In this document: piece after piece, positions 1 to 10,822 of the stretch
Numbering within the stretch: the first letter of the stretch is position 1
Layout: each line of letters opens with the position of its first letter
Source: a virus
Lineage: Duplodnaviria > Caudoviricetes
Reading direction: 5' to 3' (one strand)
IMG/VR virus record: IMGVR_UViG_3300042808_000034
Coordinates: 1 to 51,920 of that record
Length of the DNA: 51,920 bases
The notes under the pieces: model-generated
What the model saw: only the letters and a program-made list of their open reading frames with translations
The model's database searches: none
Told to the model about the DNA's origin: nothing
Translations under genes and position numbers: made by a program

Positions 1-1252
1 GATTTGGGTCTGCTACATTAAAATCTACATCAGCTGTATTATTTTTATTTTCTAATAATCTAGGAGTACTTAAAAAACGTTCATAATATAAAGGTATTTT
101 TGCTCGTATTCTATCTAATTCTGTAATGCCTATTAATCTATTTATATAATATGCTCCTGCACTACCTCTTCCTGTTGGAGTAAGAATGCCATTATATTCA
201 TTAACTGCTATATCAACCATTCTTTCATTTAATAAAAAATAATCCATAGTATTCAAAGATATAGTATCTTGCAAAACTTTAAATTCTTCTAATATGGCTT
301 TTTTATATTTAGGCAATTCTTCTTTTGTTATATTATCTTGTATTTTTATTTTTTTAAAATTATTATTTATTATCTTTTTTAATTTATCCATTCTTTGAGT
401 GGGATTTAATTCTTTATTTATATTTGGTATTTTTAAATCTTTATTTATTTTTATATTGTTAATATCTTTAAACAATAATGTATTATTCAATGCTTCTTTT
501 GCTTGTGATTTATTTAATATTCCTTGTTGTTTATATCTTTCTAGAATAGTATCGTAATCAGCATAATCTAAAATAAAACTATCTTCATCTCCATAATTAA
601 TATTTTTACCATTCAAGAGTATTTGTCTATCTTTTGCATCTTCTGGTAAAATATAATGACTGTCTGAACCATGTATTATTTTAATATTTAATTTTTTAGA
701 TATATCTAATATTTTTTTATTTAATTCTTTTTGTTTTTCATGCATGTGATTTTGCACTTCTAAAAAAATATTCTCTTTAAAATGATTATATAAAGGTAGA
801 AATATATCATCATAACCGTTATCATCTCTTATTATACCTGCTAAACAAGCTGTTGTAATATAAAAATCATCTTTATCACACTTTAATAAATCTTCTAAAA
901 ATATTCTAGGCTTATAATAATAACCTTCTCTATTTGCTCGTGAATTAATTTTATTTAGCTTTTTTCTTGCTTTGTCATTTTTAGGAATAATTATTATATG
1001 ATAATTAGAATTATCTTTTTCTAAAGGATTTTTAACAATATATCCTTCTATTCCAAAAATACATTTTAAACCATATTTTTCACTCAAATCTAAATATTTA
1101 AATATATCAGAACCAAATCCATGTTCAATCGTGAAAAGTGTAGAATGACCTAATTCTATAATTCTTTTACAATAGTCTTCTACTTTAGTATGAGTATCAG
1201 GAGAAAAACAATTTGAATAGTGACTATGCTTGTGAAAATTACAATATTCCAT
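1..1252 (-). CDS. dnaE: DNA polymerase III alpha subunit, N-terminal part (runs off window start)
   Basis: Manual translation from ATG 1252: MEYCNFHKHSHYSN (PHP HxHxxYS), CIFGIEGY, YYYKPRI, GSDSHY, GRGSAG, YERFLS, ADVDFN; open to position 1. Confidence 0.95.
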   Translation of the reverse strand, partial: MEYCNFHKHSHYSNCFSPDTHTKVEDYCKRIIELGHSTLFTIEHGFGSDIFKYLDLSEKYGLKCIFGIEGYIVKNPLEKDNSNYHIIIIPKNDKARKKLNKINSRANREGYYYKPRIFLEDLLKCDKDDFYITTACLAGIIRDDNGYDDIFLPLYNHFKENIFLEVQNHMHEKQKELNKKILDISKKLNIKIIHGSDSHYILPEDAKDRQILLNGKNINYGDEDSFILDYADYDTILERYKQQGILNKSQAKEALNNTLLFKDINNIKINKDLKIPNINKELNPTQRMDKLKKIINNNFKKIKIQDNITKEELPKYKKAILEEFKVLQDTISLNTMDYFLLNERMVDIAVNEYNGILTPTGRGSAGAYYINRLIGITELDRIRAKIPLYYERFLSTPRLLENKNNTADVDFNVADPN

Positions 1253-2399
1253 TTATTTATCCTCCTTTTCTTTAAAATCTTTTTCTAAATTTATTAAATC
1301 TAATTCATTTATACTAAAAATATTATTTTTTAAAAGATATTTTCTAAATTGCATATAATAATTTCTTGAAACATTTTTCTTTTTATAATAAGTTGAAATT
1401 CCAATTTTTTTATTATCTTTTATTACATAAACATAATTAGCTAATTTGCGAATTTTAGAATTTTTTAATATTTTATATATTATTATATCTAACTCATTGG
1501 GAATATTTTTTAAAATTAAATCATCTATTTCTTTACTACTATAAGAATCAAATAAGATATATCTATTATCTTTTTGTATATGACAATTTAGTAAAAATTT
1601 ATCTCTACAAATTTCAATTAATTTATATTTTTCATTTAAATCAAAAGAAGCTACACAAACACTCCAATTAGAATCTCCTCTATATCCATCATCTAACATA
1701 AAAACACAAAAAGATAATTCATTTAATAAATTTATAGTTTCAATTTTATTTAAATTTTTATAATATTCTAATTCAGCTATAATTTTAGTAGTAAATCTAT
1801 ATAAAGGTTGGCATTTGTAATCTCCTATTTTAAATTTTCTAATATATGATTCTTTTCTTGTAGGTTCTTTATTGCATAAATTACTAAATATATTATATTT
1901 CCAATAAAGATAGTCTTTTTGGTTTTCTGCGTGAGATACTATAAAAATAGGTTGATTTTTTACTTTATTTATATGTCCATCTCCTAATAAAGAACCAATT
2001 ATTATATCTTTTTGAATATCATTTAATTTATAGATATATCTATCAGGAATTCTTTTTAGTTTAAATTTTTCATGTATCCATTTTTGCAAAACTCTCATAG
2101 AATATCCTTCTTGTTTTGAAATTTCTTTTATTTCTAGTCTTTTTTTTATATATCTTTCATAACACCATTCATATTCTTGATAAGGTGCTTTAAAATACAT
2201 GCTTTTTGAACTATCTATAAAACAACCACAAGATTTTACATTTCCGTTCTGTTACTTGCCTTGTAAATAATGTAATTTCTTTGCCGCACTCACATTTGCA
2301 AAGTATTCTTGTTCTTCTATTTTTACTTTCTGCTCTCTCAACTACTGTCAATCTGCCAAACTTTTGTCCAGTCAAATCTTTATACTTAGCCAAACCCAA
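1253..2399 (-). CDS. LAGLIDADG homing endonuclease with N-terminal Cys-rich DLTGxxFGRL module; joined across CGGA at 2243-2246
   Basis: IIGSLLGDG and FMLDDG motifs in ORF 1253..2200; upstream ORF 2211..2399 (DLTGQKFGRLTV..CKCECG) joins in frame as QVTE-G-NVKSCGC if CGGA is read as Gly. Confidence 0.8.
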
Positions 2400-2450
2400 T
2401 CACCTACTTCCCTAAATAACGCCCATACGCCTCAAAGAACTCATCACATG

Positions 2451-2636
2451 TTAACTATATCTTTCATTAAAATCATCATCAGATAATTCAGTCTCAACTA
2501 TTTCAACATTATTCTTATCAAATAACTCTAACCATATGTATTGTGGTATTTCATCTCCAGCATAATACTCTTCATCATTATATTTAAAAACAAAATAATC
2601 CATATCTGGCGGCGTTATTATTTCTATCTTATTCAT
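2451..2636 (-). CDS. hypothetical phage protein
   Basis: ORF with AGGAG RBS before MNKIEIITPP and a promoter just upstream. Confidence 0.6.
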   Translation of the reverse strand: MNKIEIITPPDMDYFVFKYNDEEYYAGDEIPQYIWLELFDKNNVEIVETELSDDDFNERYS

Positions 2637-2661
2637 ATCATCACTCTCCTTTATAATATAC

Positions 2662-2690
2662 ATTATAACATAAATCTTACGATTTGTCAA
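2662..2690 (-). promoter_or_regulatory. sigma-A type promoter
   Basis: TTGACA-17-TATAAT with extended -10 TG. Confidence 0.8.
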
Positions 2691-2695
2691 GTCTT

Positions 2696-3620
2696 TTATT
2701 TATATTCTGTTAATAAATTATCAAATATAGCTTCTATTACATTAACAACAACACTATTTCCGTGCTTGTTTTTCTAACATAGATTTTTTATTATTAACTT
2801 CTTTAGCTCTTTCAAAATCACTATTATCAAAACCCATTAATAACCATTGTTCTCTTGGTGTTAGGAATCTATAATAGTCCTCAAAATCAATTATACCAGC
2901 GTTCGGCCATCTATCTTGTTTTGTTGTAATAGTACTACAACACTTTTCGTTAGTGATGTTTTTACACTTTTCTTTCATCTTTTCTCTTGATGGTGTTTTA
3001 TTTGGTTTTGCTTTTAATAATTCATCATAATTTTTATTTTCAAAATCTTTCCAACTTTTAATAAGTTGTTTTGTATTTGGAAAAATATACTTTTCATCAT
3101 TTAATATAGATACTACAAATAATCTTTCTCTATTTTGCGGTAATCCATAATCAGATGCTTTTAATATTTTCCAAGAACTATTATAACCTAATTCGTCTAG
3201 TTTTTGAATATAATCTTCTAACACATGTTTATGTTTTTTAGTTGTTAATCCTTTTACGTTTTCCCATACAATATATTTAGGTGTAAATTCTTTTGCTATT
3301 CTAATAACCTCATAAACTAAACTACTTCTTGTCCCAGAACCCTCATTACCACTTTTATTAGAACCTGCTAAAGAAAAATCTTGACATGGTGAGCTATTCC
3401 ATAATAAATCTATTTCTCCTATATCTTGTTTAGTTTTATTCCATTGTGAAATATCTTGAGGAATTATATTATCACTATATATTGCATTATATGACTTTAT
3501 AGGGTTAGGGTCTATTTCTATACTATCTACAATTTTAAAGTTGTACCCCCCCCTCATAAGTGCTTTACGAGGTGCTCCTATACCACTAAATGTTTCTAAT
3601 ACTCTTAATTCTTTTCTCAT
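2696..3620 (-). CDS. DNA (cytosine-5) methyltransferase; C-terminus restored across CGGA at 2759-2762
   Basis: FSGIG, SPCQDFS, ENV, QNRER motifs; +1 continuation gives motif X KQA-G-NSVVVNVIEAIFDNLL*. Confidence 0.93.
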
Positions 3621-3644
3621 ATATTATTCTCCTTCTTTCTTTTA

Positions 3645-3821
3645 TTAATTAAAATAAGGATTTCCATCTTTATCTCTAAAAACAGGTGTTCTTCCAATAG
3701 ATATCCATTCACCATTTCTTTTAACATAAATTAGTGCTGTTTCGTGATTACCAGAAACTCCTTTATATGGAATTTTTTCTTTTGGTTTTTCTTCTAGAAA
3801 TTTAATATATCCTTTTCTCAT
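3645..3821 (-). CDS. small hypothetical protein (58 aa)
   Basis: MRKGYIKFLEEN.. with GGAG RBS; N-terminus resembles neighbour MRQGFINFLKEH. Confidence 0.55.
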   Translation of the reverse strand: MRKGYIKFLEEKPKEKIPYKGVSGNHETALIYVKRNGEWISIGRTPVFRDKDGNPYFN

Positions 3822-3840
3822 ATAATTCTCCTTATTTTAT

Positions 3841-4212
3841 TTATTTATTTAATTTCATATACATATCCATTATTTTGCGAAAATCAAATTCTTTATCTTC
3901 CAAAGGTGTTTCAAGTAATTTTTTTGTCGGAATTTGAGGTGGTGGTATATCTTCTATTCTTACACCAGTAAAATAACCATCAAAATCACTAAACACAATA
4001 TCTCCAGGTTTGGAATCTTTAAATTCACTTAATGATTTTTTAACTCCTAAAAACGAACAACTTTTATCTTTACACTCTTCTTCCTCTTTATTTTTTTTAA
4101 ATTCTTCAGGAAAATCCCATATAGCGCGCATACCTCTTGTATTTTTTATATTATCAAAATTAATACCATTAGTACCATGCTCTTTTAAAAAATTTATAAA
4201 ACCTTGTCTCAT
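3841..4212 (-). CDS. hypothetical phage protein
   Basis: ORF track; operonic position. Confidence 0.6.
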   Translation of the reverse strand: MRQGFINFLKEHGTNGINFDNIKNTRGMRAIWDFPEEFKKNKEEEECKDKSCSFLGVKKSLSEFKDSKPGDIVFSDFDGYFTGVRIEDIPPPQIPTKKLLETPLEDKEFDFRKIMDMYMKLNK

Positions 4213-4408
4213 AATTTATTCACCTATCCTATAATCTCTCTACTTATAATTTCATAATCTATTCCAATATTATCTTCTACTTGTTTCATAAAACAAGGTT
4301 GGCTTTTTTCTAATTCTTCTAAAGTTAAAATTAATATAAAATCGCCCATTTTCTTATGTCTTATAACCCATTTTATTTTTGTATCTTTATTAATATTCAT
4401 AACATCAC

Positions 4409-5496
4409 CTATCCTAACAAATCATCTAAATCGATTTCATCTTCATCTTTTGCCTTGTATTTACTTCTTAACTCTTCTTGTTCTTCGTTATACTTCTTTA
4501 AATACTCACATTTATCTCTGTGATTGCAAAGATTACTACAAAAGAAATGACTACCATAATTAATTTCCATAGGTTGCCAAAGCAACTCATCGTTTACATT
4601 ACTTTCGATTTCCTTAACTTTCTCTCTAATATATTGTTTGCATTCTTCTTTGTTTTCTTCACTGTAATCATAATACAAAACATAATCTGTAACAGTATAT
4701 TTATCTTGTATTTCTTGAGGTAATAAAGTTATATCATTAGTTGATTTAGCACTATCCATAAGTAATTCTATATCAAAACTATCATAACCTAATACTTTAA
4801 GTTCTTTTATAATATCATTCTCACATTCTTCAACCCAGAATCCACGTTGACATATCTTATCTTTTGTTTTGCCATTCTTTAAAGTCCAAGATATAGTACA
4901 ATATTTAAGCATATTCCATGCTATTGAATTAATTTTATAACCTAGTTGTTCAAGAGCTAAACCATAAATAACTAATTGTCTACCATATTTTTCTAAATCT
5001 TTCTTAGTGAATTTAGAACTTGTTTTCCAATCAAGGATATTAACATAACCATCTTCAAGAAATTCTACAATGTCTATAAATCCTTGAATGAATATGTTAT
5101 CTAATTTATATAAGAATTGGACTTCACTTTCAGCTCTATCAAACCATTTAGGTTTTGAAAAGTTAGCAACAAAACTTCTCATGTTTTTAACCCATTTATC
5201 TTTAATAGAATCACTAGGGAAATAAACGTTCATCATTTTACAATCATCAAGTATTATCTCTAATTCTTCTTCTGGATTTATTTTATGACCATCACACACG
5301 TTCTGTATAACTTGATGTATGTGACTTCCGTGTTAATCCGATATATATTCTCGATACCCTTTTCTTTTTTTACATAAGTACTATAATAGCCATAAGCACA
5401 TGAACTATACGAATTTATTTTACTTATAGAATATACAGGAATATTTTTATCTCTTAATTCTTTAACTTGTTCAGCTATTTCATTATTATTTATCAT
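4409..5496 (-). CDS. PD-(D/E)XK (Cas4/RecB-like) exonuclease; joined across two CGGA sites (5337-5340, 5327-5330)
   Basis: YSISKINSY..C N-terminus, restored NIY-G-LT-G-SHIH, SE, GFID..DWKT, QL.IY, C-terminal CSNLC..C. Confidence 0.9.
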
Positions 5497-5497
5497 A

Positions 5498-5788
5498 TTA
5501 TAATGTCACCTCGCTGTTAAAATCTTTTTCATCTACTTTGTAATTTAAATGTTTCTTATACGCATCTACATATATTTCTTTTTTGTCACCATTATAAGTT
5601 ATCTCGTAATAAAACCCATCAAATAACTTTGTACTTAATAAAGCTTTATTATTTTGTAATGTTTTACAACTCCAAACAACAAAAACATCCTTTATATTTA
5701 AATCTATAGAATTTGGTTGATACAAAGTATCGCGATAACAATCTATTATTATATTTTTACATATTATTTCAAATTTATAAGTTTCCAT
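5498..5788 (-). CDS. conserved phage protein (DUF6275-like)
   Basis: VFVVWSCKTLQNNKALLST..YYEITYNGDKKEIYVDAYKK. Confidence 0.7.
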   Translation of the reverse strand: METYKFEIICKNIIIDCYRDTLYQPNSIDLNIKDVFVVWSCKTLQNNKALLSTKLFDGFYYEITYNGDKKEIYVDAYKKHLNYKVDEKDFNSEVTL

Positions 5789-5797
5789 AAACTCCTC

Positions 5798-6031
5798 CTA
5801 ATTATATTTTTCAATCAATTCTTCTACTTTCTCTTTAAATTTATCCGAATTCAGTCTCATTATAGTTATTACCAAACCAACTATAAAACCTCTAAATAGA
5901 GTCCATGTGTAATTAATAGCAAATATTTTTACTGCTAAAACTCCTAATCCCCAAAACAATAGTGTATTTACTAATAACCCTAGGATTACACCTAATAAAA
6001 TACTAAGTATTATTTTTATTCTTTTATTCAT
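5798..6031 (-). CDS. small membrane protein
   Basis: hydrophobic segments after MNKRIKII; start inferred. Confidence 0.55.
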   Translation of the reverse strand: MNKRIKIILSILLGVILGLLVNTLLFWGLGVLAVKIFAINYTWTLFRGFIVGLVITIMRLNSDKFKEKVEELIEKYN

Positions 6032-6278
6032 CTCTTTTTTCTCTCCTTTTCTCTTTTGGTATGTGTTTATAACAAGCGCCATCACTATCACAAACCGTTA
6101 TATCTATATTTTTTAATATACTTACATCTGTATTTGTTTTGCTATCTATATAAGTATTTCTTTCACAATCAACTTTTATATCACAATTGTATTTCTTTGA
6201 TATATTTTGAACTAATATATATAATTTGTCAAAATCAGAAATCACATCTGATACTTTGTATTCAAACATTTTAATCAC
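6024..6278 (-). CDS. hypothetical phage protein
   Basis: ORF track; overlapping start/stop coupling. Confidence 0.55.
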   Translation of the reverse strand: MIKMFEYKVSDVISDFDKLYILVQNISKKYNCDIKVDCERNTYIDSKTNTDVSILKNIDITVCDSDGACYKHIPKEKRREKRDE

Positions 6279-6469
6279 TTCCCTCTTTGTATATCTAAAG
6301 CTAAATCATCTAATTCAGCCCTGGGATTATATATAAAACTATGCTCATCTATATAATTCTCTATGTAATCATCGATACATTCCTCGCATAGTATTTCATT
6401 TTCAAATTTATAATATTCATCATTTTCTACGAATTCATATTCACATTCTATACAAAACATGTTAATCAT
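6275..6469 (-). CDS. small Zn-finger-like protein
   Basis: CIEC...CEEC; AAGGAG RBS. Confidence 0.6.
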   Translation of the reverse strand: MINMFCIECEYEFVENDEYYKFENEILCEECIDDYIENYIDEHSFIYNPRAELDDLALDIQRGK

Positions 6470-6523
6470 CTCCTTTTTTGTTAGGAAAGAGTATATTAAT
6501 ACTCTCTCCTTTTTCTTTATCTA

Positions 6524-7132
6524 CTAAGAGTTTTTTGCTATATATTCATTATAATAATCATATCTCTTAGCAATATTTTGTTGAATCTCTAATGGAACAT
6601 TTTTAAATATTATCTCATACATGTGACAAGTTTCATATTCCGGACAACCACCGCATCTTATACATTCTGGTGACATAGCCCATGCTATTTCAGGTTCTAT
6701 TTTTGCAATCTCATTTTTTAATGAATTCCAATACTTATATGTAGTTGCATCTGCACACATACATAATCTTTTCCTAGATATATCTAATAAAGATTGTATA
6801 TTAGCTTCCATTTCCATTTTTACAGGTTCCATTTGACCTATATTTGCTCTATCTACACCAGTCCTGTCATTTCTTTGTGTTTGAACCCATTTTTCTACTC
6901 CGCCTACGTGATGCCTTACGAAATGGGAACTTATACAGTATGGTATTGAATTCCACTTCCAAGCAATCCTAATCTTTCTAATCGGCGAATGTTGACAAAG
7001 TATTATTCTTTTCTTCCATTCACTACTAGGTTCACCATCTCCTGCATCTTTACCAATTGTTGTCATACATAATCTTTTAACCTGTTTCCATGTTCCGAGT
7101 ACTTCCATTATTTCTGTTTCAACGTTTTTCAT
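6524..7132 (-). CDS. thyX: flavin-dependent thymidylate synthase-like protein
   Basis: HSPIR, SHFVRHH, QTQRNDR, RKRLC, C-terminal CIRCGGCPE typical of phage ThyX-like proteins. Confidence 0.7.
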   Translation of the reverse strand: MKNVETEIMEVLGTWKQVKRLCMTTIGKDAGDGEPSSEWKKRIILCQHSPIRKIRIAWKWNSIPYCISSHFVRHHVGGVEKWVQTQRNDRTGVDRANIGQMEPVKMEMEANIQSLLDISRKRLCMCADATTYKYWNSLKNEIAKIEPEIAWAMSPECIRCGGCPEYETCHMYEIIFKNVPLEIQQNIAKRYDYYNEYIAKNS

Positions 7133-7250
7133 TTTGTTTCTCCTTTTAAATTATTAATTAGATTATTAAATATAACCCTGGAATTGTGGTCAAATCCAAC
7201 TTGACATTTTTATATTTCTATAATAGTTTAATTAACTTACACAATTCACT

Positions 7251-8275
7251 TTATTCTTTTAGAAAGCAATAATCTTTCATTAATTTTTCGAAATTTTCTT
7301 TACCACAGTCACTTGGTGATTGCTTTTTACCTTTTTCTAATACCTCGTTTTCACTATCAAAAATTACAAAAATTTCTTTCTGGTTAAACAACCCACCTTT
7401 TAATTTTTCCGCCTGATTTAACACATGATTGATATCTAATCCGTTCGTCTAGAGATAATATAACTTTTTCAACAGGTAACGATTTTATTATCTGTACTTG
7501 TGTACTATTAATAATACATCCTCCTAAAGCAACTCCAATCTTATATCCGGTAACTATTAAGTTGCATCACCGATTTCTCAGATTCGCATATTACAACATA
7601 ACCTTGTTCTTTTATTGACTCATAATTTTCATACAAACCATATAAATTATTGCTTTTATTAAACTTAACTACCTGTAACCATTTAGCCTGTTCGCCTATC
7701 TCATTAAAATTCAATCTTCCAGTCAGACCTAATAATTTACCTTCTTGGTTAAACCAAGGGACAGTAATCCTATTGCTGCTAGTATCGAATCCTACTCTAA
7801 ACTTATATTGAGTTTCTAAACTAATATTATCATTTAAAAACCTTTCATTTGGTATATCTAAAAACTCATCTAATACTTCTATAGGATAATAACTCTCTTC
7901 TTCTTTTTCTCTTGTATAAGTCCTGTCTAAGCCTTTGTACCATCCACCAAAGATATTATGAGTGTAACTATTTTCAAAAGATATTCCTAATATCTCTTTT
8001 ATATTAGATAAAGTTGTTCTATAATCCCAACCATTATGCTCTTGAATTAATCTTACTACATCACCAGACAAATCATTAGTAAAACTAATACAACTAAGTG
8101 TTTCACAATTAATTCTTACAGCGGTACGATTACCATCTTCATGGTTAGCACAACGTATTTCGTTGCGGTTATGATTAAAGGAGATATGATAAAAATCGCA
8201 TTGTTCTAATAATTTAATAATATCATCTTGATTATTACTTAAATGATTTTTTATAGAACTCACACTCATTTTCAT
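7251..8275 (-). CDS. DNA primase (Toprim); joined across two CGGA sites (7546-7549, 7440-7443)
   Basis: RITVP..GLTGR, LYGL, CESEKS; restored SY-G-YKIGVALGG..VILSLDE-G-L..KQSPSD completes the Toprim domain. Confidence 0.9.
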
Positions 8276-8292
8276 ACCTCCTTATTTATTTA

Positions 8293-9771
8293 TTACATCC
8301 TATTTTTTTGTCCTGGATTACAATATCCAATCTCTTTCCATTTATTCCAAACGCCTTGAAATTCATATAAAATACATACTCCATTTTCATCATTTCTTGT
8401 TTTATGTAAAAAGAATATTTTATATCTTTTACCATCATCTTTACGTATTTCAATTGGTTCTCTTACATTAGTATATTTACCATCATCATCTTTTTTTAAC
8501 TTATAAGCATGAATATCATTAGGTTCTCCAGTAAATTCATCTTCCCAAACATCTCTAAATGAAATCATTTCTGAAAATACTTCTGCTACTTGTTTCCCAT
8601 TTGCTAAAACAGATTCATCTAGCCATCTAATTTTATTTCTAGCACTTAAAGCTAATTGAAATGTAACAACGCCAGCAATATGATTTTGACTACATACTTG
8701 AAATAAATCTTTTGAATCTTGTAATAAAGACATCCAAGTTGTTTCGCCTTCCCCATTATATTTCATTGTATCATAAACAACACAAGTAAAACCTTGTTTT
8801 GATAATTTTTTAATTGTTTTTTTAACACTTTTCATATCATAGTCATATACACGTTGAAATTTAATACAAGGTGAATATCTTTCTTTAATTATTTCTCTTG
8901 CCTTATTTACCATTTCTAGCTCTTCAGGTGTATATTTGCCATTCTTAGTTTTCTTTCTTGTTAACTTATAATATTTTAAATCCTCTGTTAAGACATATGA
9001 TAATAATAAAAGTTTATATGTTATAACATTAGATTCATTAGCTATAATAAAAGTTTTATTTTGTTGTTCTGCTAAAGGAATAATTATATTTGCCATTATA
9101 TAACTTGATTTTCCACCACCTGTAAAAGAAGCAAACATTGTTAAATCTCCTAAAGGAAGTCCGTTTGTAAGATAATTAAGCATTGGACTGTGTTTTCCAT
9201 AGTTTAATCCCATATTTTCTCCGCTCATGATACCTTCTAACTCATTATCTGTAATATCTAATGTTTCAAGATTTAACTCATGCGTTGAATTCAATGATAT
9301 TGTACTAAGTTTAGCGTCATAAAAATTATATATATCATCGGCAGAATTAAGTTTTTTTAATATTTCTAAATCTTCTAATATACTAAATCCTTTTTCATAT
9401 AAAGTTAACATCATATTATTTTTACTTAATTCATTATAATAAACATCTATATTATTTTCATGTATAATATCCATATAATCTTTTATATTCTTATATCCAC
9501 CTTTAGAATTATATTGTTTTTCAATATCAGGATAGTCTTTTAAATAAGTAGTAATGGCAATAGCATCAAAGTTTTTTATCTTTTTCTTTACCATTTCTCT
9601 ACCTAAGGTATAATAAAAAACACCGTCTTCTGTTATAAAATCTATACTAGGGTCTATTTTATAATCATCATATAACTCTAGAGGATTCTTCCAAAGAGAC
9701 ATTACAAAATTACCTTCTATTGATTCTCGGTTAAATCTTAATTCAATTGGCATTTCTTTTTTTTTAGTCAT
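8293..9771 (-). CDS. DnaB-like replicative helicase
   Basis: Walker A SFTGGGKSS, Walker B VVYDT, FQL, KTRN; adjacent to primase. Confidence 0.88.
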   Translation of the reverse strand: MTKKKEMPIELRFNRESIEGNFVMSLWKNPLELYDDYKIDPSIDFITEDGVFYYTLGREMVKKKIKNFDAIAITTYLKDYPDIEKQYNSKGGYKNIKDYMDIIHENNIDVYYNELSKNNMMLTLYEKGFSILEDLEILKKLNSADDIYNFYDAKLSTISLNSTHELNLETLDITDNELEGIMSGENMGLNYGKHSPMLNYLTNGLPLGDLTMFASFTGGGKSSYIMANIIIPLAEQQNKTFIIANESNVITYKLLLLSYVLTEDLKYYKLTRKKTKNGKYTPEELEMVNKAREIIKERYSPCIKFQRVYDYDMKSVKKTIKKLSKQGFTCVVYDTMKYNGEGETTWMSLLQDSKDLFQVCSQNHIAGVVTFQLALSARNKIRWLDESVLANGKQVAEVFSEMISFRDVWEDEFTGEPNDIHAYKLKKDDDGKYTNVREPIEIRKDDGKRYKIFFLHKTRNDENGVCILYEFQGVWNKWKEIGYCNPGQKNRM

Positions 9772-9998
9772 ATAAACCTCCTTTAATTATTCTTTATTAA
9801 ATATTATTGTATTAATCATTATAATCAAACTAATAATTAAATATTCTTTCCAATGCTCAACAAAAAGCCTTGTGTCTGTCATATCAATATTTGAAAATTG
9901 TAAATATATAATATAAATAATACATAATAAAATTAAACTAAAAGATATTATTTTTTTTAAATTCATTATATAATCACCTCTTTAAAATTATTTTATTG

Positions 9999-10082
9999 TG
10001 AGAGAAGCGAGACTTTAACTCGCACGATACTCCATATGTATCAGGTTTACGCAACCATATGTCTAATTTCCATCATTCTCTC
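9999..10082 (-). ncRNA. tRNA-like element (class II body, aberrant anticodon arm)
   Basis: GAGAGAA/TTCTCTC acceptor, ATG-GAAATTAGA-CAT D arm, GGTT-GCGTA-AACC, GATAC/GTATC variable arm, GCGAG-TTAAAGT-CTCGC T arm. Confidence 0.65.
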
Positions 10083-10098
10083 GTATGCAAGATATGAG

Positions 10099-10554
10099 TT
10101 AATCCAAAAACTCACTCATATCCATTCTTTTAGGTTGTTTTATAACTCTCTCTGTGTTTATTATACTTAATTCTGTATCTAATATATTATTCTCTTTTAT
10201 CTCTTGAGTCTTATTAATTTCTTTTAATTCTTTATAATATTTATTTATATTATTTTGAATAATAGCCATTAAATAAGTTATTTTATTATAATCTGTTTTG
10301 AATTCTTTATTATTAACAGCCCATAATAAATTATCATGTAGCTTCAATATGGTATAATTAATTTCAACATAAGTATAACTTTGTTTTAACTCTGTTAGTT
10401 TTTTTGTAAAAGATGTAGGAAATTTAGCATCTGGCTTAAAATCCATTATAACTAGCATTCTGTCTATTATTTCTTTTCTAGCATTTGATTCTTCTTTTGA
10501 TAATTTAGAATTAGTCTTCTTGGTTATTTTCTTCTCCAATATTATCATCTCCAA
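10099..10554 (-). CDS. hypothetical replication-cluster protein
   Basis: ORF track; lies between AAA ATPase and helicase. Confidence 0.65.
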   Translation of the reverse strand: MEMIILEKKITKKTNSKLSKEESNARKEIIDRMLVIMDFKPDAKFPTSFTKKLTELKQSYTYVEINYTILKLHDNLLWAVNNKEFKTDYNKITYLMAIIQNNINKYYKELKEINKTQEIKENNILDTELSIINTERVIKQPKRMDMSEFLD

Positions 10555-10774
10555 TTGAAAATCTTTGTTTATATTCTTTTTTTAATTCTTCGAATTTATT
10601 ATCTACATCTTCACTTGTTAGAAATTCTTCTTTAGAATTTCTAAATACTCTATCAATTAATAATATTATCGCACTAATTACTTCATAATTATATACTTCT
10701 TTTAATATACTTACTCCTGTTTGGTTTTCATCAAGTCTTGATACATTTATTATAATTTCTTTATTCTCTTCCAT
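10511..10774 (-). CDS. hypothetical protein
   Basis: AAGGAGG RBS, ORF track. Confidence 0.6.
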   Translation of the reverse strand: MEENKEIIINVSRLDENQTGVSILKEVYNYEVISAIILLIDRVFRNSKEEFLTSEDVDNKFEELKKEYKQRFSIGDDNIGEENNQED

Positions 10775-10822
10775 AAATAACCCTCCTTAAGTTTATAAGG
10801 GGAATTTCTTCCCCATTATATA

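Noticed and set aside
7201-7224. TTGACA..TATAAT on + strand
   Set aside because: Spacer is only 12 bp and it is antisense to the operon.
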